Shown piece after piece: positions 1 through 11,460 of a stretch of DNA of 64,000 bases. Positions within the stretch are counted from its first letter, which is position 1; each line of letters opens with the position of its first letter. The notes beneath the pieces are model-generated. The model was given only the letters and a program-made list of their open reading frames with translations. It did no database searches and was not told the DNA's origin. A program made the position numbers and the translations under genes. The DNA is from Macrostomum lignano. Lineage: Eukaryota. The stretch is from NCBI GenBank assembly GCA_002269645.1, contig NIVC01001762.1, positions 176,404 through 240,403 of the forward strand, in the 5' to 3' direction.

Positions 1-450
1 AGATAGATCTAGAATAGAACAGGTGCGCGTGAGATAGATCTAGAATAGAACAGGTGTGCGTGAGATAGATCTAGAATAGAACAGATGTGCGTGAGATAGA
101 TCTAAAATAGAACAGGTGTGCGTGAGATAGATCTAGAATAGAACAGGTATGCGTGAGATAGATCTAGAATAGAACAGGTATGCGTGAGATAGATCTAGAA
201 TAGAACAGGTGTGCGTGAGATAGATCTAGAATAGAACAGGTGTGCGTGAGATAGATCTAGAATAGAACAGGTGTGTGTGTGTGTGATAGATCTAGAATAG
301 ACAGGTGTGTGTGAGATAGATCTAGAATAGAACAGATGTGCGTGAGATAGATCTAAAATAGAACAGGTGTGCGTGAGATAGATCTAGAATAGAACAGGTG
401 TGCGTGAGATAGATCTAGAATAGACAGGTGTGTATGACATAGATCTAGAA
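1..450. repeat. 31-bp minisatellite (AGATAGATCTAGAATAGAACAGGTGTGCGTG)n
   Basis: About 14 near-identical tandem units read directly; runs off the window start. Confidence 0.95.
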
Positions 451-859
451 TATCCTAACTGAAGTCGGAACATTCAAATTTAATTGCGATATTCAGGGAG
501 ACAAAATATCAACTAATCATGAGCTCAGCAGATCTTCCTTTCTAAAAATGTAATCATTCACTTTGCCATCATCTGCTCCGAGCTCGCATGCGGAACCTTG
601 CAAAGCTTTCGTTAGCGCTGTGGAATCATTCATTGATAGCGGGGTGGAGGAATTCAAACGGATGACCCCCGGGGGCGGCAGGACCTCCCCTGCGCCGCTC
701 CGGTCACGCGAGCACCTCAATGGCGACTCGCCGAGGAACAGAGAAAAGCGATCAGTCAGACGCCGCCTCGCTACACTTTGCTGGCGCGGAGTTCTGTACG
801 ACTTCCCAGCCATGTCTGCCGGCTTGGCTGCTAGCGCACACCTCCCTTCTCCTCTCGCG

Positions 860-1330
860 AGTTTCCCTCCCTTCATCTCCTTCTCATCTGCCTCCCTTCA
901 TCTCCTTCTCATCTGCCTCCCTTTATCTCCTTCTCATCTGCCTCCCTTTATCTCCTTCTCTTCTGCCTCCCTTCATCTCCTTCTCTTCTGCCTCCCTTCA
1001 TCTCCTTCTCATCTGCCTCCCTTCATCTCCTTCTCATCTGCCTCCCTTTATCTCCTTCTCATCTGCCTCCCTTCATCTCCGCTTGTCTGCCTCCTTTCAT
1101 CTCCTTCTCGTCTGCCTCCCTTCATCTCCTTCTCATCTGCCTCCCTTCATCTCTTTCTCATCTGCCTCCCTTCATCTCTTTCTCATCTGCCTCCCTTCAT
1201 CTCTTTCTCATCTGCCTCCCTTCATCTCCTTCTTATCTCCCTCCCTTCATCTCCTTCCCTCATTTCCTCCTCGGCCTGACTGCTTCCCTTCATTTCTTTC
1301 TTCCCTCCAGCCTCAGTCCCTTCATCAACT
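860..1330. repeat. CT-rich ~25-bp intronic minisatellite (CTGCCTCCCTTCATCTCCTTCTCAT)n
   Basis: Tandem degenerate units; explains the low-complexity ORFs 563..1279 and 720..1577. Confidence 0.9.
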
Positions 1331-1340
1331 TCTTCCCATA

Positions 1341-3072
1341 GCCCGCCAGTCAGCCGCGGTGCAGCCCGCCGAGCCGCAGCGCCAGCTTCGCCATCCCAAA
1401 GCTGGCTGCGACTTTCCCGAAGTCCTCCGCCGCCACGGCCCCTGGGCCTTCCAGCACCACCTGGCCAGGGACCCGCCACTGGCGCCCGCGCCGCCTCGCC
1501 CTCCGACAAGCTGCGCTTCGCTTTGGCCAGCGTTGCTACGGCAACCGGACAACCGGAGCACCCGCTGGGCCGAGTGAACATCCGTCGCCGGCTGGTGCTG
1601 CCTGCGGGCGACCCCGGCGCTGGAGGCTACCGCGAGTCGGCGCCAGACGAGCCGCTGGAGGCTCTGGAGTGCCTGGAGGCGGCGGCGGCCAACTACAGAC
1701 CGTCCGAGACCTTCCTGGCGGCTCACTACCACTCGGATGGGTGAGCGGGTCCGGTCTCTGATCATTAATTGGTTATTAGTAATTCGGCTGATCATGAAGT
1801 CTGGTCATTCTGCTGATCATCATAGATTCTGGTCATTCTATGATATACAGTCTGGTCATACTACTGGCCACTGCCCAAACCGCCCCGCCCCCAGAGACTC
1901 CCAGCAGCTGTCGGGTTATTTGTGCATCACATTCGAAGCGAAGGCTGATGAGCGAAGTCGAGCTGTGTTTGCAGTCACCGTGTACTTTGGTGAGTTGAAT
2001 AATGAGCAATAAATTCTGACCAAGGAGCTGTGGGATTTCTGACGCGGAGTGGGATTCCTGACATTCTTAGGCCAAGTCGAGCCGCACAGATTTCCCGTTG
2101 CCAACTGCCCAGCAGGAGAGCTCAGCGATAAATGGGCCTGGATCCGTGAGTTCGAATCCTGCAGCACCTCAAATAAGTTTTTGAGCTTTAAAAAATATAT
2201 CAAGATTGACGCTTGAAATTTTCAGCCGAGCCGCGCACCGGGAATTTCCACGACATCCCGTGCCCGTTCACCTTCTCCTACCGGGCTGTGCTGGACTGGA
2301 TCGACGCCAGGGACCGCGCGCGTCCGCGGCCTGTGGTTGGTGCCCCAGCCTGATCTTGAACTGCCGCCCTTCTGTACTCGTGCAGTAGAGTGCTGTGCTG
2401 GCTGGAGTTGATACTTTCCACCAGACACCAGACATGTCTGCACACCACACAAACCCCAACTCCGCACACCCACCCCAACTCCGCACACCCACCTCACTCC
2501 GCACACCCACCCCAACTCCGCACACCCACCCCAACTCCGCACACCCACCTCACTCCGCACACCCACCCCAACTCCGCACACCCACCCCAACTCCCTTCAC
2601 CCACCCAACTCCATTCACCCACCCCATCTTCGCACACCCACCCAACTTCATTCACCCACCCCATCTTCGCACACCCACCCCAACTCCGCAGAACCTTCGC
2701 TCCGGCCTGGGCACAGTGCAGGAGAACACTTTCACGCTGGTGCAGAGCCAGTGCGTGCCGGACACGGGGATGAGCTGGCTGTTGTACAACGTGCCTCCGA
2801 GCTCGCTGCTCCGCGTGGCGCCGCTCTCCCTGCTCAGCAGCCTGCCCGGCCAGGACTCAATCCGTGAGAATCTTCTTCTCTCCCCCGAGTCATTAATTCA
2901 AACTCGTTTCACCCCCCTCTTGAATTCATTGCAGCCAATCTTTTTATTTCTTTCAACTGCCTCATCTGTTCGTGAATTTTTTCTTACCGTCAGCTGTCCT
3001 CTCCTCAGTCTCTTCCTGCTCCGGAACTTCTACGCGGAGAAGCCGCGCCTCTGCAAAAGTCAGATTAATTAG
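1341..3072 (+). CDS. 3' portion of an unidentified multi-exon protein-coding gene
   Basis: GC3-rich segments bounded by AG/GT join in frame: ~1341-1740 (..PLGRVNIRRRLVL..AAHYHSDG), ~1894-1989 (DSQQLSGYLCITF..VYF), ~2070-2145 (GQVEPHRFPVANCP..WAWI), ~2227-2334 (PEPRTGNFHDIPCPFTFSYRAVLDW), ~2691-2863 (NLRSGLGTVQENTFTLVQSQCVP..), ~2995-3072. The last junction is out of phase as read and coding may extend to ~3313. Family not recognised. Confidence 0.5.
2450..2690. repeat. ~19-bp intronic minisatellite (CCGCACACCCACCCCAACT)n
   Basis: Tandem units ending directly at the CCGCAG acceptor near 2690. Confidence 0.85.
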
Positions 3073-3399
3073 CCTTTGATGGCGCTACAGGCGGAGTCAG
3101 AGTCGACCTCTCCGCCGAAAACGACTTTGATGACCCCGGCTGAAGAGGCCCGAGGGCTATCAGAAACTGCGATTAAAAAAATATGCGAGCCCAGGGCTTT
3201 GATCAGCCGCCTCAGTCGGATTGCGGGAGTGAAGGACCGAGCGAGAGAGATGGGCAACAGATCTGGGTGGCCGAACCCCTGGAGTTGTACGGCTACCTTT
3301 GCTGTGTATTCTAATATAGTTTTGCAGTTAATTCATTATAAAAAGTAACCACGTAGGATTCACAAGGTTTTTGGATCTCGAAATCCCTAGAATTTTTTA

Positions 3400-4200
3400 G
3401 TGGGACCTGAATTGTGATCCCTGAATTGGGACCTGAATTGGGATCTGAAATGGGACCTGAAGTGGGATCTGAATTGGGCCTGAATTGGGACCTGAATTGG
3501 GATCTAAATTGGGATCTGAATTGGGACCTGAATTGGGACCTGAATTGGGACCTGAATTGGGACCTGAATTGGGACCTGAATTGGGACCTGAATTGGGACC
3601 TGAATTGGGACCTGAATTGGGACCTGAATTGGGACCTGAATTGGGACCTGAATTGGGACCTGAATTGGGACCTGAATTGGGACCTGAATTGGGATCTGAA
3701 TTGGGACCTGAATTGGGATCTGAATTGGGATCTGAATTGGGACCTGAATTGGGACCTGAATTGGGACCTGTATTGGGACCTGAATTGGGATCTGAATTGG
3801 GACCTGAATTGGGATCTGAATTGGGACCTGAAGTGGGACTTTAGGTGGGACCTGAATTGGGACCTGAATTGGGACCTGAATTGGGACCTGAATTGGGACC
3901 TGAATTGGGACCTGAATTGGGACCTGAATTGGGACCTGAATTGGGACCTGAATTGGGACCTGAATTGGGATCTGAATTGGGATCTGAATTGGGATCTGAA
4001 TTGGGATCTGAATTGGGATCTGAATTGGGACCTGAATTGGGACCTGAAATGGGACCTGAAGTGGGACTTTAGGTGGGACCTGAATTAGGACCTGAATTGG
4101 GACCTGAAATGGGACCTGAAGTGGGACTTTAGGTGGGACCTGAATTGGGACCTGAATTGGGACCTGAAATGGGACCTGAAGTGGGACTTTAGGTGGGACC
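3400..4200. repeat. 12-bp minisatellite (GGGACCTGAATT)n
   Basis: About 65 tandem units; produces the spurious GPEL/WDLN/QVPI ORFs. Confidence 0.95.
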
Positions 4201-4449
4201 TCATGCATGAATCCTGTTTCTTCCACGGCTCCAAAATCCTTGAGCGCACAAGAATTTCTGGTTCAAACTGCTTTTACAGCTTCAGCTGCAAATAAAGTGC
4301 AAATAAATCGTGTTTAAATTTGCACTTTCACACCGTTGGTCCACGGCAGGGCTATTTAGCGGCTACAGCGGGAGCGGCGGCCCCAGCCCAGCCCGAGACC
4401 GGCCCGAGATCTGCAGAATCCTTATCAGCTCTGCAAGCAACTCAAAAGC

Positions 4450-5694
4450 ATGCTCACTCTGCTTCTCGTTGCTCAGTTCGCTGCAGCTCTTGCAGCTGAG
4501 CAGGGTAAGTTTCCTGGAATATCTAGGAATAGTTGAGTCCTAGCTTCTCCTCTGCTCAACCCTCCTCTCTCAAACAGCCTTCGAGTTCGACGCAGTCACC
4601 GCGACCGCCTCCTGCAATGCGAGCTCAGTCACCGTGAGCGCTCGCAGCGACGTCGAGTGCGCTGTGAAATGCGCTCAGGCCGGAGACCGCCTCTCCTACA
4701 GCTTCATCAACGGAGTCTGTGTCCTGTCCAACAGGGCCGACTGCGCCGCATCCGGTGCTGCAACCGTGTACCGGAAGAAACGCGTGGGACCGGGTGAATA
4801 TTTCAGGTTATTTTTTCGCCTGCAAACAGGGGCAGCGACTGATGACTTGACTCGACTGACATCAAGTCAAGTCGTGGACTCTTTCTGAAGCTTGAGAGCA
4901 CGCAGACCCTGCATCGCTACTCTTAAAGCTGAAAAAATCTGCAAAATCAAACTTAGAAGAAAACTTTTCCGACTAAACACTTTTGCTTCTTGCTGCCCAA
5001 TAGCTGCAAGTTGAGAAGAAAAAAAGCTCACTGCACCAACCACTTCAGATGTTTCGGCCGGATACCTGCGGCAGATCGGCGGCCGGACATTCTGGGTGTT
5101 CCAGCAGAGACAGACGGGTCAAATCGCCTTCAACAGGAACTGGGATGACTACGTCAGCGGCTTCGGAGATGCCACGGAGTTCTGGGCTGGTGAGCATCCC
5201 ATGTGCTGGGTGTAAAACAATGTCTGTGTGAGCTCAACTTGGCGAATCTGCAAGTTTTGACAATTCAAATTGCAGGACTCGAAAACATCCACGATATGAT
5301 TGGGACCAACCCTCGAAACCTGCGAGTCGAGGCCCAGACCTTCGACGGACAATTATACGCGTTCGAGTGGCTCAGCTTCACCGTCGGAGACTCCAGCACG
5401 AACTACACGATGAACTACGGCAGCTTCCTCAGCGCCAACTCTACCATCGACTGCGACTTCTTGTCGGAAGCTCGAGGCCATCAGTTCTCCACCTTCGACA
5501 GGGACAACGACGCTTATTCCACCAGCTGCAGCACCCAGTTTGGGAGCGGCGGCTACTGGTGGGGCGGCTGCATGAACTCCAACCCGAACGGTGTGTACTC
5601 AGCCACGCTGACGTTCGGTCACTCCTTTATATCCTCGAATTGCATTAGGAGCTACGAGACCCCCCGCACGATGCAGATGATGCTGCAGGTGTGA
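4450..5694 (+). CDS. Secreted PAN/apple-like + fibrinogen C-terminal domain protein (FReD copy 1, intact)
   Basis: Exons 4450-4504 (signal peptide MLTLLLVAQFAAALAAEQ), 4578-4793 (SVTVSARSDVECAVKCAQ..SYSFINGVCVLS, PAN-like Cys pattern), 5049-5189 (FWVFQQRQTGQIAFNRNWDDYVSGFG..EFWAG), 5276-5694 (FSTFDRDND..C..GGYWWGGCMNSNPNG). All junctions GT-AG, phase 1, in frame. Motifs match the FBG consensus (WxxYxxGFG, EFWLG, FSTxDxDND, GWW..C..NLNG). Confidence 0.9.
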
Positions 5695-6289
5695 ATTCTC
5701 ATAGGCAAATTCTTTAGAAACGTTATTGAAAACAAAGTAATCAGTGACTACTAGTCAGCATTGCGTGTTTTTTAATTTTATTAAACTTGAAAAATTCAAA
5801 TTGCGACTTTCTGTTTTAATTATCCGGTTCCAAGCTCAGCCGCAAGGTTTAAAATATTTATGAATTTTTATTCAGGCACAATGTATGTTAATATTCATTA
5901 CTTTAGATGTCTAGAAATTTCCTTTGCGTGAGTATGCCTTTCTGTACCTTGCTATGCCAGCTAAAATCATCACATTAAAGCTGCATTCCGATTCTATTTG
6001 TTTTCTATTGATAATAACTCAAAATTTTATGAGCATAGTTAATAAAGTGAGATCAGCATCACCTGTTCTATTCAGTTACTGTGTTTTACTAAAAAATGCG
6101 CTTTTGTCCCACCGAAGTAAACCAATAAAAGTTTGTTTCTGTATTTCGTCCTGGTGTTTTCAGTTATGAATTCTGTGCAGTCTGACACAAAGATTGGCAA
6201 AGCGTAGCCATGAGGTGTTGCGAAATCGAACCAGGGGTCGTCGAGGTGCAACAGTCAATGGCTCCTGGCGTTAACGGCTCCAGAGAGAC

Positions 6290-6612
6290 ATAATAATCAT
6301 AATCATAATCATAATCATAATCATAATAATCATAATCATAATCATAATCATAATCATAATCATAATCATCATAATCATAATCATAATCATAATCATAATC
6401 ATAATCATAATCATCATAATCATAATCATAATCATAATCATAATCATAATAATCATAATCATAATCATAATCATAATCATAATCATAATCATAATAATCA
6501 TAATCATAATCATAATCATAATCATAATCATAATCATAATAATCATAATCATAATCATAACCATAATCATAATCATAATAATCATAATCATAATCATAAT
6601 AATCATAATCAT
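6290..6612. repeat. (ATAATC)n hexanucleotide microsatellite
   Basis: About 53 units; source of the DY/IM ORFs. Confidence 0.95.
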
Positions 6613-7814
6613 ACGCATCATCATCAGTTGACAGACTGGTCAAAGATAATCACACAGGGGTTGAGATGCGCATGCCAGCCAGTCCTTCACTTTTCCACAC
6701 GATATTTTTCAGCTGTTTATCGCCCTCCTAACAGCCTCCCATACAGCCTGGCATCATTCAGCTATAATATAAAATGCTCAATATTATGCATTAAATGCAT
6801 TGTCAAGCAGTCATAAATAATTTGGGCATCGGACAGCCCGCTCTGCAGGCCGGGCGCGCAGTCCTCTGTCCGCCTCAACTCACTGCGACTTTTGATACTG
6901 GAGGCTGGATTAGTAAAAGGGAAGCCAGCTTGTTGATTAGCATGGCTGACAGAATAGCGATGGTGACGCAGAGGGAAAACAGTGGACAGAAGGGAAGCAA
7001 GGGATGAGAAAAGAGGGATCATTTTCTCCCCTTGACTCCTCATCTCCGCACCAGCTGTCTTGAGACTATTTGAAACCAATCAGCGATGGGGAGGCCCGAA
7101 GGCGGGATTGGGCAGGCCCAGAGGTGGGGTGGGGCAGGTTCGATGAGGGGTCGGACAGGCTTATTTAAAAAATGAATAAGATGCCCAAAAGAACAAATCA
7201 TTTACCACAGAAACACCGCTTTGTTCTTGAATAAATTTTATACATACAAAGTCATGTTTTTCTTTTATGTCTGTTGACAAACCCAGACGAGCAGGTGGGC
7301 TTTGCTTTACTCACCTGTTTGGTGCGGATTTTGTGCTTTTCAACTGCCAAGACTTGCCAAGACTGCACTCACCCGATGTAGTTGTACAGAGAAGGAGAGG
7401 GTTTTAGGGTTTAAGAAGAGAGGAAGAGAGAGATTTCATTGACTTGGTTCTGCAGCCAATTGTGTACACCTTCAGCCAAATGCAAATCTAACAAGAAATC
7501 TTAACTTTATAATCTTTCTGCTCACGTACTGCAGATGTACTGCAGAAAGCCTTCATTTTCGGACTCTGTAGCGGACTCCGACAGCAACAAGCAGGGAACA
7601 AAGCCAGTTGGGAGTTCATACCGTTTTATCATTGTTGTTGACTTGTAATTTTAATTCTGTGCCTGCGTTTTGCGCTCCATTTGCTGCATTTAGGTATTGT
7701 AATTATAAAATTTGAGTCGCTGTACCGCGCAACAGGGCATAATAAGGCATTGCCTACTAAAGACTAGCAAGAAAAGAATGTGATAGCAACTCTCTCACAG
7801 TGTGAGCAAAAATA

Positions 7815-7905
7815 GGTGACGTCCTGAAGCAGCGGTTAAGACCGGCTGACAGTCAGTAAGAACTCAGAAACTGGTCCTGGACTTCAGTTCGAATCTGAAG
7901 ACAAG
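7815..7905 (+). mobile_element. tRNA-derived SINE head (degenerate)
   Basis: A-box-like GAAGCAGCGGTTAAG and B-box GTTCGAATC with tRNA-like spacing; no intact cloverleaf. Confidence 0.4.
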
Positions 7906-8294
7906 ACGAAATACGTTAGTGCGGCCTTGTTGACACAACCACTACTCAAAGCTGTGTTGATTGATGGTTAACTAAAGACACATAGAGTTGCAGTATTGCG
8001 AAAATCACAACGTTTAAAAAACGCTGCCTTCCTTTTACTAGATGGAATCTTGAGCTGAAGTGTCAGCAGAGCGAGTTTATTCCCGGTCTCAATAAAAAAA
8101 ATAGTCAATCATAGTCGGGAGCAGGGAGAAACTCAGGTTCTACCTGTACAGTCGTGCGCTACGGTTGCCGCTGCGTTGCTAGGAGCGGAGCGGCAAACAC
8201 GGCAGGGCTATTTAGCGGCCACATCGAAAGCGGCGGCCTGAGACCGGCTCGAGATCTGCAGAATCCTCATCAGCTCTGCAAGCAGCTCAAAAGC

Positions 8295-9614
8295 ATGCTC
8301 ACTCTGCTTCTCGTTGCTCAGTTCGCTGCAGCTCTTGCAGCTGAGCAGGGTAAGTTTCCTGGAATATCTAGGAATAGTTGAGTCCTAGCTCATCCTCTGC
8401 TCAACCCTCCTCTCTCAAACAGCCTTCGAGTTCGACGCAGTCACCGCGTCCGCCTCCTGCAATGCGAGCTCAGTCACCGTGAGCGCTCGCAGCGACGTCG
8501 AGTGCGCAGTGAAATGCGCTCAGGCCGGCGACAGCCTCTCCTACAGCTTCATCAACGGAGTCTGCGTCCTGTCCCACAGTGCTTGTTACACCGCATCCGG
8601 TGCTGCGACCGTGCAGTAGAAGCGCAAGAATACTGGTGAACACTTATTGCTAATTCAGTTTTACTATTGCTTTAGAAGGGTCACTACTTTAGGCACTGTG
8701 AATTTCAATCAAGCTGTCCATGTCCATGCACTGTCCATGCACTTCAGATACACTTCTTACACACTCTTCACACATTCCTCACACACTCCCCATAGCTATG
8801 CATAATGCGTATGTCCGAGAGCATTACAAAATTGAAGTTGAACCAGAAAGTCATTTAAACCAGCAGTTGATACAATCAATTAGTTTACCAACTCAGCACT
8901 GCCACTGCACTAACAGCTCGCACTCATGCGACCAACGCGCACTCCGTTCACCCCTCCAGTTTTTCCCGTCATGAGTCCCGGATACCGGCAGCGGATCGGC
9001 GGCCGGACATTCTGGGTGTTCCAGCAGAGACAGACGGATCAATCGCTTTCAACAGGAGCTGGGATGACTACGTCAGCGGCTTCGGAGAGGCCACGGAGTT
9101 CTGGGCTGGTGAGTATCTTCAGTAGTGCCAAATGCTACCTGCTTGGTGAAATTCTTCATTTGAACCGTGCATTTTCGTGACAACGCAAATTGCAGGTCTT
9201 GAAAATATCCACAATATGACTGCGACCAGCTCGAGAAACTTGAGAGTCGAGACCCAGACCTTCGCGGGAGAGTTCTACGCGTTCACGTATCTCGGCTTTT
9301 CCGTCGGAGACTCCAGCACGAACTACAGGATGAACTGCGGCAGCTTCCTCAGCTCCAACTCCACCATCAGCTGCGACTTTTTGTTTCACCATCGAGGCCA
9401 TCAGTTCTCCACCTTCGACAGGGACAACGACGCTGCTCCTGACAGCTGCAGCACCAAGTATGGGAGCGGCGGCTACTGGTGGGGCCGCTGGATGAGGTTC
9501 AACCCGAACAGTGTGTACTCAACCACGCTGACGACCGGTGCCTCCTACATGGCCTCGTATTGCATTGGAAGCTGGGAGGCCCTCCGTAAGATGCAGATGA
9601 TGCTGCAGGTGTGA
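8295..9614 (+). pseudogene. PAN-FReD copy 2, disrupted
   Basis: Same 4-exon layout as copy 1 (8295-8349, 8423-~8635, ~8955-9109, ~9195-9614). In-frame TAG at 8617-8619 (copy 1 has CGG), a 1-nt deletion in exon 3 (CAATC vs CAAATC), and loss of the conserved Cys (WWGRW vs WWGGC). Confidence 0.8.
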
Positions 9615-10274
9615 AACTGAATTGCTAATTGAATTTGACCCTTTTGGTCTGCGGCGCCTGCTGAGTTCGACATCAAACTGAGCTGAATTTCATAACTGAA
9701 GCAACAATAGAGAAATTCAAAGTAGATATTTTAGTCAGACTGACTTTCTTGTAGCGCTTCGGTGTATTTTTCAAAAAATAATAACTAACTGAAGACAATA
9801 ATAAAATGTTTTGCTTACAATATTCTGAGAATAAGTTTTTTTATCAGTGGTTATTTGGTCTCTGTAAGGCGAGCAGACACAAGACAGCAAGAAATATTCC
9901 ATTTCAAGTTCAACCATCCTTTGCTTACAATTTGCTATGATGGGCATCAGTGGTCTGGAAGTTACCAGGCCATGGATGGAGTGAAATCCAAGCAGACAAC
10001 ATCCGAAAAACGAGGCCGCTCAAACTCCAGTTGTCTGCAGGTGTAACAATGAGACTTAATTCTGTCGATATGACTGACTGTATAAGATTGTTTTTGGACG
10101 CAAATCTGACAGAAGAGCATTGTACATTATGTACATTATAACAGATGGTAGTGCTAGAGATGGCACAAAAAAACGGAAGACACGGGACTGAGGTAGGAGA
10201 TTAATTTAAGAGAGATCAACTTTGCTTTGATGAAATCCGCCAATCGAAGAAAGAAAGGGATACTAGTTGCTAGG

Positions 10275-11460
10275 GGGTTGTGGATAGGCTTCTGCGATGC
10301 TACACAACTGCACCCAATAGCCGGAGAAGTTTGGGCTTGGGTTCCAAACTGACTCACAAGCCGACCCAAGGGTTCGCGTCCCTTCGCACGTGTTCAGGCA
10401 GTTGTAGGACAGGGGTCCGGCGGCGGCAATCTATCCGTGGCCTTGGCTTTTGACTTAGCCGTGTTCTTCAGAGCTGCGGCTCTTAGAAACAGATTCTACC
10501 CTCTGACCTTAGCGTTGTGTCGTGTAACCTGACTGACCAACTTAATGATAGATAATATTTTACGAATATTTCTACTATAACGTAAATGCTACCTATATTA
10601 TTATTATTGTCTATTACTTATACTGCCACTTTAAGTAGAGTAGTTGATAAATTATCTGTATAATGTATTATTAATCACGTGATATCTCTAGCTCTTGAAT
10701 TTATCGATCGTGCAGTTTTTCTAGTGTAGTTAAATTATCGATCATGTAGTTTTTCTTAAATAACAAAAATATAAATAAAGCAACTGTGCGCACCTGGCAC
10801 TTTACTGTTCAACTCAACTGGAAAACTTCAAGCCTTGGCTACACAATACTTAGCTTGGTATGCGGCAAGTCCGCAGGCTCCGTAGGCAGCCTCCTCGTCT
10901 CTCTCAAGAGCCCGGTGTGAAGCACCGCGCTGATGGACCATTGGTTCGGCCTCTGACTGGGCTCCTAGCGGCGAGCTTCTCGGTTGCTAGCGGTAGGGTC
11001 GGTAAGAGCTTAAGCCACCTCACGGTCGTTATTCTGGAACGCCAACCGAGGTTGGTACGGTTGGTCAAGCGGATTTTTGCAGCAACTTATGAACTTTTGG
11101 TGCATCCCACTCTAATAGCCCCGCCGACACTCAGCATAATACCGAAATGACACGACCACAGGGCAGCAGGCTCCACATCTCTAAGAAGAAGGCCCGTAGC
11201 ATCGCTCGCTTCCAGGAATTCCGCCGGCGCAAAGCGGAAAACAGAGGAGAGCGGAAGCCGCCTCTTCTGCCTCTAAGGAGGATGCCGGCAACTGTAGCCT
11301 GTTGGCTGGAGGTCTTAACCACCGGGTCGGCCGCAGGGAAGCTTCTGCCAGTGCGACAGCCGGTTTTATTCCAGAGCTGGCGGAAAGATTCAAGACCTGA
11401 TCGGTCTGAGCAGGGAGGCGCTAGCCATCGAATTCGGAACCTGCTTATTAATTAATCCTA
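10275..11460 (+). mobile_element. Decayed 5' end of a retroelement (relative of 11460-13000), interrupted by a nested insertion
   Basis: Blocks 10290-10470 and 10855-11035 align to the reverse complement of 12540-12990 (e.g. TGACTCACAAGCCGA; GGCGGCAA..ATCCGTGGCCTTGG; AGTCCGCAGGCTCC; CGGTTGCTAG). Confidence 0.6.
10514..10848. mobile_element. 335-bp AT-rich nested insertion (solo-LTR- or MITE-like)
   Basis: Absent from the sister copy; flanked by direct CTTAGC (10508-10513 and 10849-10854); short terminal inverted TTGTGT/ACACAA; internal AATAAA. Confidence 0.55.

Noticed and set aside
3414-4226. Long ORFs (GPEL, WDLN, QVPI repeats)
   Set aside because: Translations of a 12-bp minisatellite with no stop in several frames; no splice or codon support.
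4835-4880. CTGATGA followed by a GACTTGAC/GTCAAGTC hairpin as a hammerhead ribozyme
   Set aside because: No GAAA after the stem and no stem I/III partners.
6164-6643. Asp/Tyr-rich ORF resembling an adhesive or biomineral protein
   Set aside because: Pure (ATAATC)n microsatellite; also not a telomeric repeat (TTAGGG expected).
8617-8619. Programmed stop read-through in FReD copy 2
   Set aside because: The stop is TAG rather than TGA, no SECIS was seen, and the same copy has lost a conserved Cys; decay is simpler.
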